Of a DNA stretch of 64,000 bases, positions 1 to 12,035 are shown one piece after another. The stretch's first letter is position 1. The number at the start of each line of letters is the position of its first letter. The stretch lies in assembly GCF_006345805.1 (NCBI RefSeq), contig NC_043001.1:131750001-131814000 (forward strand). The letters are read 5' to 3'. The DNA is from Octopus sinensis. Lineage: Eukaryota. Below the pieces are notes generated by a model. That model was not told the origin of the DNA, ran no database searches, and worked only from the letters and a program-made list of their open reading frames with translations. Both the position numbers and the translations under genes were made by a program.

Positions 1-4
1 TTAA

Positions 5-210
<206 letters not shown>

Positions 211-1004
211 CATTAATCATAAAGAAATCAAGAAGGGAAACATAACTGGAGTATGTTGTGTTGTTTTCTTTAAACCATCTTTGGATATAATCTGATATTA
301 TGTCAGTTGGAAAACAACTTCAAGGATGAAATTTTAGACACAACTAACTTTCCTCCATTGCATCTTATATTCTTCCTCTTTCCTTCTTCCCGTTCTTGCT
401 TTCTTGCGTTCATTATAATTATGATTATAATTATTAAGGTAGCAAGCTAGCAGAGCCATTAGTGCATTGTAAAAATGCCTTGTGGTATTTCTTAAAACTC
501 TTTATATTCTGAGTTCAAATTCTTTCAGGACAGATAAAATAGAGTACTTGTCAAGTAATGATGGTAAGGATATCAACTGATCCTCCCTTCTCGAAGATGC
601 TGTTCTTGTGCCTTCCTTCTTCCTCTCACTCCTTCCCTTTCCACCTCCTCCCTCTCCACCTCCATCACCTTCTCCATCTCTGTCTTCCTCTCCATCTCTC
701 TCTCCCTAGCTCTCCCTATCCATATCTATCTCTTCTCTTCTTTTTTCCACTGTTAAAACAGAAAAAGAAAAGGAAAAGAATCAATCGTATTAATTTTTAA
801 ATGGCTATAGGCTAACTAATTTCAAGATCTCGAATTTTGTTGTGCTGAAGAGCCCACAACAAGGGTGAAATGGTATTCTTTACAATTACTGTAATATCTA
901 ATGAATGAATTATAAGGAAATAGGGAAATATTATATGCAGTTTTCCACTTTTCACTCAGAAATAAGATCTCAAAATAAAGAAATGTATATATATATATAT
1001 ATAT

Positions 1005-1197
1005 CATCATCATCATCATCATCGTTTAACGTCCGTTCTCCATGCTAGCATGGGTTGGACGGTTCGACCGGGGATCTGGGAAGCCAGAAGGCTGCCCCAG
1101 GCTCCAGTCTTATCTGGCAATGTTTCTACAGCTGGATGCCCTTCCTAACGCCAACCACTCCGTGAGTGTAGTGGGTGCTTTTTACGTGCCACCCGCA
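1005..1197 (-). mobile_element. Family C retroposon 3' end with (GAT)n tail
   Basis: Reverse complement of ggttggcgttaggaagggcatccagctgtagaaac...ccaacccatgctagcatggagaacggacgttaaac(gat)n. Other copies at ~1388-1590(-), 8870-9135(+), 17990-18130(+), 29668-29982(+), 30686-30790(+), 33650-33985(-). Confidence 0.85.
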
Positions 1198-1628
1198 CAT
1201 ATATATATAAGCTGAAAACCAGTTCTCTCCCCTTAAAAAGAAAGTCACTCTCTCCCTAATCTTATAGTAATAACACTCTATCTCTTACTCAATAAGCAGC
1301 TATAAATAGCAACAGTTTCTGGTCAAATATCAATGAGTATATTTTTATTATTATGGCTTTTTGTATACTTTCACTTACCATATTGCATCATCATCATCAT
1401 AGTCATTTAACGTCCTTTTTCCATGCTGGCATGGGTTGGACGGTTTGACTGAAAGCTGGTATGGTGGGGAGCTGCACCAGGTTGGTTCCAGTCTGATCTG
1501 GCATTGTTTCTACATCTGATTGTCCTTCCTAATGCCAACCACTCCAAGATTGTAGTGGGTGCTTTTTATGTATCACTGGCATGGGTGCCAGTTATGAAAT
1601 ACATATTTGTTATATATCTATATATATA

Positions 1629-1659
<31 letters not shown>

Positions 1660-1731
1660 AATTTTTAATATATATATATATATATAATACATATACATAC
1701 ATACACACACACTCACACACCACACACAACC

Positions 1732-1765
<34 letters not shown>

Positions 1766-1917
1766 ATAATTTATAAATAGAAAGATGAATAATCTTGTGT
1801 AGTAGATTAATCAACAGTTTAACCGATACCTTAGTAGCAAAAATCACAGCAGTAAACAGCACGGTTGGAGGTACAACCATCTGGCGTTGCAACCGTGCGT
1901 TGGTGCGGATAATTGAA

Positions 1918-2819
1918 ATAAAACATTATTGGTGAATTGAAGAAATGGAGCTGAACGCAGATTGAACAGAAATCGTTTTATTTCATTCTACACGTGTTTC
2001 GAAAGGCACAAATTACCAAAATCCGATTGAATAATGGGACCATATTGTGTCTTCTCTTCAGGAAGAAAAAAAGGAATCCGTTGGAAAAACAAAAACAGAA
2101 CAGAGGCGGAGCAAAAAACAAATCGAACTGTGCTCCTAAGAGCCCATGGCGAAACTGTTTATCAGTGTATGTTGAGAACCGTGGCTGAAGAATTCAACGG
2201 GTCAGGCATCGGTCAATCATGTGGGTGAGGGTGTATAGATGTTCTTTGTGACCGAGAATAAAGTTCTGACTATTTAAAGAATTTGGATGTTTTATAAGTG
2301 GCGAGAAAAAATCTACTTAGAGACGTGTGTGTGTGTATACTGTTCTATATATGTGTGTGTTGGCGTAGGGGTAGAAAACATTTTTTGTGTACGTGTGTGC
2401 GTTTGATCGTTCGGCTGTCAGTGGCTACTGCTGTGATAACCGTTGGGTGGCAGAAAGAAAAAAATAAAAAAATTATATATATATATTATGTTTTATGTGT
2501 GTGTGTGTTCATCTAAGCCTACCTTGTCAAGGAAACCCCCCGCTGTGAAAAAACCAAGCCCCGTTTGTCTTACAGGAGTAATTCCCCTTGCAGTGGTCAA
2601 TCATAGATATCTTAAAGGCTATTTCAGAATTTGTTACCAAGGGCTATGGGTGCCGGTATTATTTATAAACGCTATTTAAAGGCCAGACACAATATGGTCC
2701 CATTATTCAATCGGATTTTGGTAATTTGTGCCTTTCGAAACACGTGTAGAATGAAATAAAACGATTTCTGTTCAATCTGCGTTCAGCTCCATTTCTTCAA
2801 TTCACCAATAATGTTTTAT
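1918..2819 (-). mobile_element. Penelope-like element terminus with 135-bp inverted repeat, inserted in (TA)n
   Basis: 1918-2052 is the reverse complement of 2685-2819; contains a hammerhead; (TA)n nearby on both sides. Confidence 0.65.
1981..2070 (-). ncRNA. Type I hammerhead ribozyme motif, minimal stem III
   Basis: Minus strand: ttc CTGAAGA gaagacacaa...ttgtgcctttc GAAAC acgt GTA^gaa; long stem II and palindromic loop III as in PLE hammerheads. Confidence 0.7.
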
Positions 2820-2996
2820 ATATATATATATATATATGAATTAGAAAAAACCCGACCTTTTATCAATTCAACATTGAAATAACAGTGATATAATTAAATT
2901 ATACCATATAGAAGAAAATTAAATATAAGATAAAAACATATACCAATAATTAAGTAATGTACAAAATAATAAATAAAAAGTATATAATTGATAAAA

Positions 2997-3079
2997 GGAC
3001 TACACATGTTTCATGGCTATATTTTAAAACTGATAACAGTAAAATCAGTTCAATTTAAATATAGTCACTCTTCAGGTCC
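2997..3079 (-). ncRNA. Type I hammerhead ribozyme motif
   Basis: Minus strand: ggac CTGAAGA gtgactatattt...aaatatagccat GAAAC atgt GTA^gtcc; stem I ggac/gtcc; core intact. Confidence 0.8.
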
Positions 3080-3235
3080 AAGAAAAAACAATAAAATAAT
3101 TAAATGAATGAATATACGTATATAATCTTGTAAGAAAATTTACATAAATATAAAAATGTAGGTGTTTCCTAACACCCTAGTTGCATTTAATGACATTTAT
3201 ATATGTATGCCAAAATTTCTTTTATATCTTGGACA

Positions 3236-3298
3236 TAGAGTTACCCAAGGTTTTGTTTCCACAAAGCCAAAGCTTTGTGGGCAGCTCATCAGACTCTA
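3236..3298 (-). ncRNA. Type I hammerhead motif, probably mutated in the GAAA
   Basis: Minus strand: tagagt CTGATGA gctgcccacaaagc tttg gctttgtggaaac AAAAcc ttg gGTA^actcta; 6-bp stem I. Confidence 0.6.
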
Positions 3299-3349
3299 AA
3301 GACAAAAATTTAAAATTTCTACAATGATGTTATCCTTGAGGTAGCAACT

Positions 3350-3980
3350 GATAATATGTAGAAGTGCAAGGATCAGTACAGTAATCAGACATAGATGATG
3401 CAGTGGACGAAGAAATGATCAAGCTCAATAACAATCTATTAAGCAACAACTACCCCAAAAGCAAACTCTCTACTCCAATTATGAAGAAAAGAGAGGATAA
3501 AACCAATAAACTGTCCACAGTCTGTCTACCTTATGTGTAAGGCCTCTCTGAAAAGATACAAAAGATATGCGGCCTATATGACATCAGAACAGTATTCAAG
3601 AGTAATACAACACTTTGCAAATATCTCCTTCAAGTAAAACCACAAATAGAATAGAATATGATCAAAGACTGTGTGTACTCCATCCCATGCAGTTGTGGTA
3701 GGTTATCCTCAAAATAAGGGTAGATGAACATTGCAAAGCTGTAACATCAGGAGATATTGATAAATTGGGTATAGCTGATCATGTCTGGAAAAATGGAGAC
3801 CACCTCCCCCTGTGGGATGAAGTTAAAATAATAGACAGAGAACACCACTGGAAAATACGAAAACTAAAAGAAGCGGCACGTATGCTTGGACACAACAACC
3901 TCCTAAGCAGACTGAATGCAGATATGAGTAGCATATGGGAACTGGTATTAAGGAAGGATAGAAAAATATCAGATTTATAA
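3350..3980 (+). pseudogene. Penelope-like retroelement C-terminal region (GIY-YIG endonuclease), decayed
   Basis: Translates to ...VCLPYV*GLSEKIQK...VYSIPCSCG...RVDEH...GIADHVWKNGDHLPLWDEVKIIDREHHWKIRKLKEA, typical of PLE RT/GIY-YIG C-termini; contains stops and frameshifts. Confidence 0.8.
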
Positions 3981-3999
3981 ACCCTAAAATTCACTCCAT

Positions 4000-4073
4000 A
4001 ATTGCCCACGAGCATAGTGGTAAAGAGTACAGGCTACTAACCCCAAGATTCTGAGTTCGATTCCAGGTAGTGA

Positions 4074-4146
<73 letters not shown>

Positions 4147-4300
4147 TACAACATCGAAAAATACCTTAGCAATGAGAACCCAGGTTCGAAATTTTCCCAA
4201 GACACCTGATGAGAAGTGGAGGGTATATCAGCCGAAATGTGTTAACAACAAAGAAGATGAGGATAAATATCTGTCAAACTTAAATAATGTAAATAATGTG
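4000..4300 (+). mobile_element. tRNA-like head + (AAT)n + degenerate hammerhead at the PLE 3' end
   Basis: A-box-like tagtggtaaag (~4015), B box gagttcgattcc (4053-4064), then acac CTGATGA...cagcc GAAA tgtgt (4202-4243). Confidence 0.65.
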
Positions 4301-4638
4301 CAGTGGACTTTGTAAGAGATGCTGTAACTGGGTTGTGGATAGATAGTTTAATAATAAAACATATCAGAAATGAAGCACACGCTAAAGAATAGAGCAGTAA
4401 TTGTTACATCAAGAAATTTTATATTTTGGACATAGAGTTACCCAGTTAAATCTGGAGGCAATAAAATAAGTCCCAAAATACCAGTCACAGACTGGGGGTG
4501 ATATAATTGCATGTTCCCCCATGTGAACATATGTGGCCCTTGTTCCTTACCTACAAGTCACTATTATTCATCATTAGTGAAGGTCTTCCATAATGTATCT
4601 ATTATGGACATAGATGGTACCAACATGCAAAAGTATAC

Positions 4639-4705
<67 letters not shown>

Positions 4706-4872
4706 ATTAATTCTATATAAACCCTGACTTTTTAGTAACTTGTTCTTGTAATGTTCAGAGTTCAAACTTTGCCTTTTCTTCTACCAGAATTGATTAAATA
4801 AACCATCCAGAGCTAGCCAAATCCGGAGGCAATAAAATAAGCCCCAAATACCAATTACAGATCGGGGGTTAT

Positions 4873-5090
4873 ATATATTTCTTTACTACCCACAAGGGGC
4901 TAAACACAGAGAGGACAAACAAACGGATTAAGTCGATTATATCGACCCCAGTGCATAACTGGTACTTATTTAATCGAGTCCGAAAGGATGAAAGGTAAAG
5001 TCGACCTTGGCGGAATTTGAACTAACAACGTAGCGGCAGACGAAATACGGCTACGCATTTCGCCCTGCGTGCTAACGTCTCTGCCAGCTC
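4873..5090 (-). mobile_element. Family B tRNA-derived SINE with target-site duplication
   Basis: Head gagctggcag...gttcaaattccgcc; core acctttcatcctttcgg..tcgattaaataagtaccag (MetaSINE-like by recall); TSD gggggttat at 4864-4872 and 5091-5099. Diverged copies at ~437-590, 5355-5490, 6985-7390, 8530-8845, 9150-9365, 20337-20520. Confidence 0.85.
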
Positions 5091-5539
5091 GGGGGTTATG
5101 TAATTGACCGTTCCCCCATGAGAACATGTGTGGCCTTGTTCCTTCCCTACAGGTCAATATTGTTCATTATTAGTGAAGGTTTGCCATGATGTATCTATTA
5201 TGGATATAGATGATACCCACATGCAAAAGCTTGCCAAAAATAAATGGTGCTGCTCTCTGTATAGCAAAACATGTGACTGGAAATGTTGGTATTTTAACAG
5301 TGTGAAAGGATTATGTATGGGAACCTTTGCAAAAAAAAAAAAAAGATTTGAAATTTGAGTTCAAATTCTGAGGTCGACTTTGCCTTTCATTTTTTCAGAG
5401 TCGATAAAATAAATACCAGTTGAACACTGGGGTTGATGTAATCGACTCATCCCCTCTTTCAAAATGGCTGCCCTTATGGCAAAATTTGAAACCATTATCA
5501 CCATTATTATTATTATTATTGTTGTTGTTATTGTTGTTG

Positions 5540-5629
<90 letters not shown>

Positions 5630-6190
5630 GTGAGTGATGGAGTAGTGCATGCCATCAAAGTGACTCTGTGGTAAAATATATGAAGCCCAGTATACCCATC
5701 ATGACTACTCATCTGATAAGGGTACACCAGGTACATTGCATCACAACCATGTTCATGACATGGTGATCTCATATCAAAATAAACAGTGCATGACCTTGCA
5801 GGTGAGGCACCAATTAGAATTTTCTTCAGGTCAAGTAGCCCATCCTGCTCAAAAGGTCCCAAAATAAGGGTTGTTTAAGGATGTTGAACGAAACACCCAT
5901 GTTTCCAAAGGTGAATTACCCAAACCCCAAATAACTCCTCTCAACACATGGCTATGATGCTCCCCCACTAATTCTGCTCGTGATCAGAGATGCACATATC
6001 GTCAGCCGCTAAGGGACATGCTCAACAGTTAAGGTCAAACAACTGACAAGCAAATCTGTGGTATTGAGCAGAATATTTGCTGTAGCCCATCTTTTATACG
6101 AAGACAAAACAATGTACATGATAACAATTCCAATCAGTTAAGATCAGAAACCATGAGAACCACAGTATGGTACTGCATCAGGGCATTTAT
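5630..6190 (-). mobile_element. ~560-bp non-coding interspersed repeat abutting (TTA)n
   Basis: Colinear second copy at 57707-58213; both start right after a (TTA)n tract. Strand inferred. Confidence 0.8.
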
Positions 6191-6332
6191 TTTTTTCTTC
6201 TTCTTTTTTAGTTTCTTCATCATGTACAAGTATTTGTGCATTCATCATTATTTTATCTTTTTTATTTAGTTTTAGAAAAATTGAAGCATATCTTTGACAG
6301 CTCCTGAGCATATTGAACTTGTTTTGTGCATG

Positions 6333-6468
6333 ACTTTTGGCCCACCTTGTACTTTTTGTACTTTTTGGCCCACTTTTTGTACTTTTGTACTTTTTGTACT
6401 TTTGTACTTTTTGTACTTTTGTACTTTTTGTACTTTTGTACTTTTTGTACTTTTTGGCCCACCTTGTA
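6333..6468. repeat. (TTTT[T]GTAC)n minisatellite bounded by acttttggcccaccttgta
   Basis: Direct reading; explains the KSTKSTKVQK ORFs. Confidence 0.9.
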
Positions 6469-7392
6469 AATACACAAATAACAATTTTTTAAATATACTT
6501 CCTTATAATATTTCATTATAAAAATATAAGATTTTTTACAACTCAAATGGCTATGAGGGTCCAGCTGAGTTCAATAGGAATCAAAGGGGTCCATTGGTAA
6601 AATAATGATTGAGAATCACTGCTCTAGCCTGTTTCACTCCCTGCCAGAAAGAGCAAGGAAAATCAAATTCAAATCTCACTGTATCACCTTCAAAAGAAGG
6701 GCGCACTTGATCTTGTAGTTCTACATGTACTAAAGGATGAGATGGGTACAGTTGGAGCATGCTTTATCAGAGGTCTGCTTAATCAGGGTTAACCTGAGAA
6801 CAAAACAACAGCAACAACCACACAAACACACACACACACACTCACACACACACACACACTCACACACACACACACACTCACACACACACACACACTCACA
6901 CACACACACACACAAAGACAAAAAACTGTGGGCTTGTACCAGACTTTTCAAAGTTATTATCATATTTTTATAAGAGCAATGAAGGAGTAAAGTTGGCACA
7001 ACTGTAAGCAGAAAATGCTTTATACAATTTCATCTTCCTTCAGTTCAAATTCTGCTGAGGTCGAGTTTGCTTTCATCCTTTTGGAGTTGATAAGTACCAG
7101 TTGAGCACTGGGGTTAATGCAACCAACTCGCCCTGTTGCTCACAAAAATTTCAGGCCTTGATTCTTTAGTAGAATGGATTATCATAAGAGCAGTGGATTG
7201 GCAGAATCATTAAAGTATCAGACAAAATGGCTTGTACTTTTCCTTCCAGCCCTTTATGTTCTGAATTCAAATACTAGTGAGGGTAACTTGACCCTTCATC
7301 CCTCAGAGTGAGTGGGGTGATTAAATAAAGTACTAACCAATTACTGGGGTTGACACAATTAACTAATCTCTATCATGCAAATTTCAGGCTTT

Positions 7393-8295
7393 GGTGGCAC
7401 GTAAAAGCACCATCCGTTCGTGTCTGTTGCCAGCTTCGCCTGGCCCCCATGCAGGTGACACGTAAAAGCACCATCCGTTCGTGGCTGTTTGCCAGCTCTG
7501 TCTGGCCCCCGTGTCGGTGGCACGTAAAAGCACCATCCGTTCGTGGCCGTTTGCCAGCTCTGTCTGGCACCTGTGCGGGTGGCACGTAAAAAGCACCCAC
7601 TACACTCACGGATTGGTGTATTTTATGTGCCACCGGCACGGAAGCCAGACGAGGCGGTGCTGGCATCGGCCACGAGTCGGATGGTGCTTTTTACGTACCA
7701 CCAGACCAGGGATCCTGGCTGGTTCAATTTGATTTCGATTTCACTTGCCCCAACATGTCTTCACAAGCAAGGGGGTTGGCATGGGTGCCTGTTGTACGGT
7801 CAGATTGGTGTATTTTACATGCCACCGGCACGGAAGCCAGTGGAGGCGGCGCTGGCATCGGCCACGAGTCGGATAGTGCTTTTTACGTACCACCAGACCA
7901 GGGAACCTGGCTGGTTCAATTCGATTTCGCTTGCCCCAACATGTCTTTGCAAGCAAGGGGGTTGGCATGGGTGCCTGTCGTACGGTCAGATTGGTGTATT
8001 TTATGTGCCACCGGCACAGAAGCCAGTGGAGGCGGCGCTGGCATCGGCCACGAGTCGGATAGTGCTTTTTACGTACCACCAGACCAGGGATCCTGGCTGG
8101 TTCAATTCGATTTTGACTTCGATTTCGATTTCGCTTGCCCCAACATGTCTTCGCAAGCAAAGGGGGGTTGGCATGGGTGCCTGTCGTCGGATGAGGTTCT
8201 ATATCGACTTCGCTTGCCTCAACAGGTCTTTGTGTCCAAGGGAGGAAAGGCATTCATAAGTGGGCTGGGCTCACTTGTCCTGCCTGGTCTTCTCA
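7393..8295. repeat. Family C internal tandem units, two opposite orientations fused
   Basis: Four ~58-bp ggtggcacgtaaaagcacc units on + (7393-7610), then about three ~185-bp units on - (7611-8295). Confidence 0.85.
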
Positions 8296-8520
8296 TATAT
8301 ATATATGTATGTGTGTGTGTTTGTGTGTCTGTGTTTGTCCCCCTAGCATTGCTTGACAACCGATGCTGGTGTGTTTACATCCCCGTCACTTAGCGGTTCG
8401 GCAAAGAGACCGATAGAATAAGTACTGGGCTTACAAAAGAATAAGTCACGGGGTCGAGTTGCTCGATTAAAGGCGGTGCTCCAGCATGGCCGCAGTCAAA
8501 TGACTGAAGCAAGTAAAATA
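8296..8520 (+). mobile_element. Family A SINE, 3' half
   Basis: gtgtctgtgtttgtccccctagcattgcttgacaacc...tgactgaagcaagtaaaa matches the full-length copies. Confidence 0.9.
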
Positions 8521-9043
8521 AAAAAAAAGAGAGTCAAATACCGGGGTCAAAGCAATCAACTAACACCCCTTCCCTGCCCCAAAATTGCTGGTCTTATACT
8601 TAAAGTAGAAAGAATTATTATTACCATTAATAATCCTTTCTCCTAAAGGCACAAGGCCTGAAATTTTGAGGGAAGAGGCTAGTCGATTACATCAACCCCA
8701 GTGTTTCACTGCTACTTCATTCATCGACCCCAAATGGATGAAAGGCAAAGTCGCCCCTAGTGGAATTTGAACTCAGAATGTAAAGACGGACGAAATGCTG
8801 ATAAGCATTTTACCTGGTGTGCTAACGATTCTGCTAGCTCACCATCCTCATTTAATATTACCATTATTCAGAGTGGTTGGTGTTAGAAAGGGCATCCAGT
8901 GGTAGAAACTCTGCCAGATCAGATTGGAGTCTGGCACGGCCATCTGGTTCGCCAGACCTCAGTCAAATTGTCCAACCTATGCTAGCATGGAAAGCGGACG
9001 TTAAAGGATGATGATGATGTTGATGATGATGATGATGATGAGC

Positions 9044-9095
<52 letters not shown>

Positions 9096-10029
9096 GTATG
9101 ATGATCATGATGATCATGATGATCATGATGATGATGTTATGCTTGGTTTTAAGGTAGTGAGTGGACAGAATCATTAGTAAATTGGGAAAAATGCTTAGTA
9201 GCATTTCGTCTGTCTTTATGTTCTGAGTTCAAATTCCACCGATATTGAGTTCGCTTTTCATCCTTTCAGGCTCAATAAGATAAGTACCAGTTGAACACTG
9301 GGGTTGATGAAATTGACTTACTCCCTCCTCCAAAATTGCTGGCCTTGTGCCAAAATTTGAAATCAATAATAATATTTTGCTTGGTTCCATTTCCAAAGCA
9401 TCAAAGCAAGAAGATTACTGAAGAAGCTCAGGTGTCTATGTTTAAGTAGGTTCAATTTGAGAGAGCTACAAAGATCTTTCATTGGGAATATTCCAGATTT
9501 ATGATAGTGAAATTCTGCAAACTTCAGCTTCAAATAATATGGAATTGAAGTCAGTCAGAGAAAAATATGGAGTGGGGTGAGGTTGGGGAGTGAGGGAGGA
9601 GGGATCGATGTTGAAACAATAACAAACAGACAAAAAGTCTATTAGCCTAGAAGCATTATTTTGTTAGGAATTTATTATAATTAAACTGCCAATAAAAGTT
9701 TAAAAAAAAAAAGGAAAAATGAATATAAAAATGTTCTTTTGCTGTTGTTGCAGTTATTGTTGTGATTTGTTTGTTTTGATGTTTTTGTATTCATTGTTTG
9801 TTCATTGTTGTTTTTCTATTGTTGTTGTTGTTGTTGTTGTATTTTTTTTTTTAAGTACATAAAAATTAAACATGCCTTCCGGGCTTTTAATTAATTGACA
9901 AGAATCTGGGCCAGGGATTGAGAGAAATGTAAGTGGAAGAGATAAAGACTGAGGCTAGATAAATCAGAAGAATTCAAAAAATCAGAGAAAATAAAGGAAA
10001 GGGTTGGGAACCCAGGAAGACTTTAGAGT

Positions 10030-10283
10030 CAGAAGAAGAGATATAGAAACGAGAAGCAGACAGAGAGAGGGGGGAAAGAAGGAGAAGAGATGAAAGGAGA
10101 GTGGGAGGAAGTGTGAGATGTAGATATATACGTAGATAAAGGAGTGAGAGAGAGAGAGTGGGGGGAGAAGTAAGAGGAGAAGTGTAAGGAAATATATGTA
10201 AGTATAGAAAAAATTCTCAGAAATGAAAGACAGGCAAAGAGAAAGAGGGTGAGAGAGAGAGAGAGAGCAAGAGAGAGAGAGAA

Positions 10284-10314
<31 letters not shown>

Positions 10315-11170
10315 ATGAGAGAAAGAGAAATGAATGGGAAGAAAAGTAAAAAAACAAAACGGAAGAAAAAGAAGAAAGAAAGAAAGAAAGAAAGAAAAGA
10401 AAGAAAGAAATAGGAAAAGGAAAAAAGAAGTTTAAATGCAAAGAAATGTTAGAGGAGAGTAAATGATGGTTAGAGACGAGAGAAATGTGATGAAAGACAG
10501 GGAGAGAGAGAGAGGGAGACGGAGGGAGAGAGAGAAGAGAAAGTAAGGGAACAGAAAGAAGAAAGGGAGAGGTGATTAAGGTAAGCAAAGAAAGAGGCTG
10601 TAAAAGATAGATGATAGATAAAAATGATAGATAGAAAGATGGACAGAGAGAGAAAAAGAGGGAGAGCAAGAGATGGAGAGAGAATGGGGGAGAGGAAGAA
10701 CAATAAGTGCAGAAGAAGGAAGATAATGTGGTGGGGGCGGGGTATGAAGATAGAAAAGTTGAAGTGGTTGGGGTGGGGATGGGGCTGGTTGGGTGGCTGG
10801 CTGGCTGCTAGGTGGTTTGGTAGTGGATTGGTGGTTTGGTGAGGAAACTATTCCGAAGAAAAGGGGACAATAGTAAGATATATAAAAAGAACAACACCAA
10901 CAACGACAATAAGAATAACAACAATGATAACAACAAATAAGATGGTAAAAGAGGAGAAAAAAAAATATCAAACTGTGTGTTATGGGAGTAATAGGAGAGG
11001 AATTAAAGGAGAGTAATAGGAGAGGAGTAAAAGAAGAGTAAGAAAAAAAAGAGTGAGGGGATTAAGGAGCGACATAAGAGAACAAAAGGAAAACCTGCTA
11101 GTGGTGGAATTGAAAAGAAAGAATGGGGAGAACGAAGAGAAGAGAACAATGGAAGAAATCTAGAAAAGGA
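10030..11170. repeat. Long purine-rich (GA/GAAA) low-complexity tract
   Basis: Direct reading; source of the L/S/F-rich minus-strand ORFs. Confidence 0.9.
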
Positions 11171-11784
11171 AGCTGTTATTGGTGGATAAATATAAATAAT
11201 TTGAAAGACAGGAAAGAGTTATTTATTAAAACAATAGGTGAGACATGATTTTAATAAGAGAACCCAGAACCCCTGGTATTTTCACTCCCCTCCATACAAC
11301 GTCACAAATTTACAATGAATGAGGGATTTCCAGCACTTGGTATGCATGATGACTTGATTGCGAAACAATGGGTTATATGACTTGCTAGCGCTGGTTGTGT
11401 TTTGTATGTTAACTTGAGGCAATTGATACAGAGAGAAAGAGAGAGGGAGAGAGAGAAAATTACGTCAGACCTGGCATTCTGTTTAGCAATTGTCCTTTCT
11501 TTCTTACCTCCATGCTGTGTCAGATGGAAGGATTAAATTAATTCTGGTGAGGATTAAACCAAGACAGTTTGTATTGAAATTTGGGGAGTGTTGGAATAGG
11601 CTGCGGACTTAAGATTTGAAATAATGTCTAGTTGAAGCATAACATTAATAAAGCTCCTTCAATTACTTCACTATATTACACTGAGTCCATGAGAACATCT
11701 TTATGTGGTTGTCTGACCTGTAGAAGCAGTGACCAAATCTCCTTCAATAACACCTATCATAATCTGTCTGAATATATAAATGTG

Positions 11785-12035
11785 TGGAGGTATGTGGCTT
11801 TGTGGTTAGGGTGTCAGCATCATGATCGTAAGAGTGTGGTTTCGATTCCTGGACCGGGCGACGCATTGTGTTCTTGAGCAAATCACTTCATTTCACGTAG
11901 CTCCAGTCCACTCAGCTGGCAAAAATGAGTAACGCTGTGATGGACTAGTGTCCCGTCCAGCTGGGGAATGCATACTCCATAGAAACAGGGAAACCGGGCC
12001 CATGAGCCTGGCTAGGCTTTAAAAGGGCGCATTTA
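11785..12035 (+). mobile_element. tRNA-derived SINE with CORE-like domain (family D, tail variant 1)
   Basis: gtggctttgtggttagg...ggtttcgattcc, then tgtgttcttgagcaaatcacttcatttcac. Confidence 0.8.

Noticed and set aside
7543-8393. 238-aa and 212-aa ORFs with internal repeats
   Set aside because: They arise from GC-rich tandem repeat units open in several frames; no recognisable protein.
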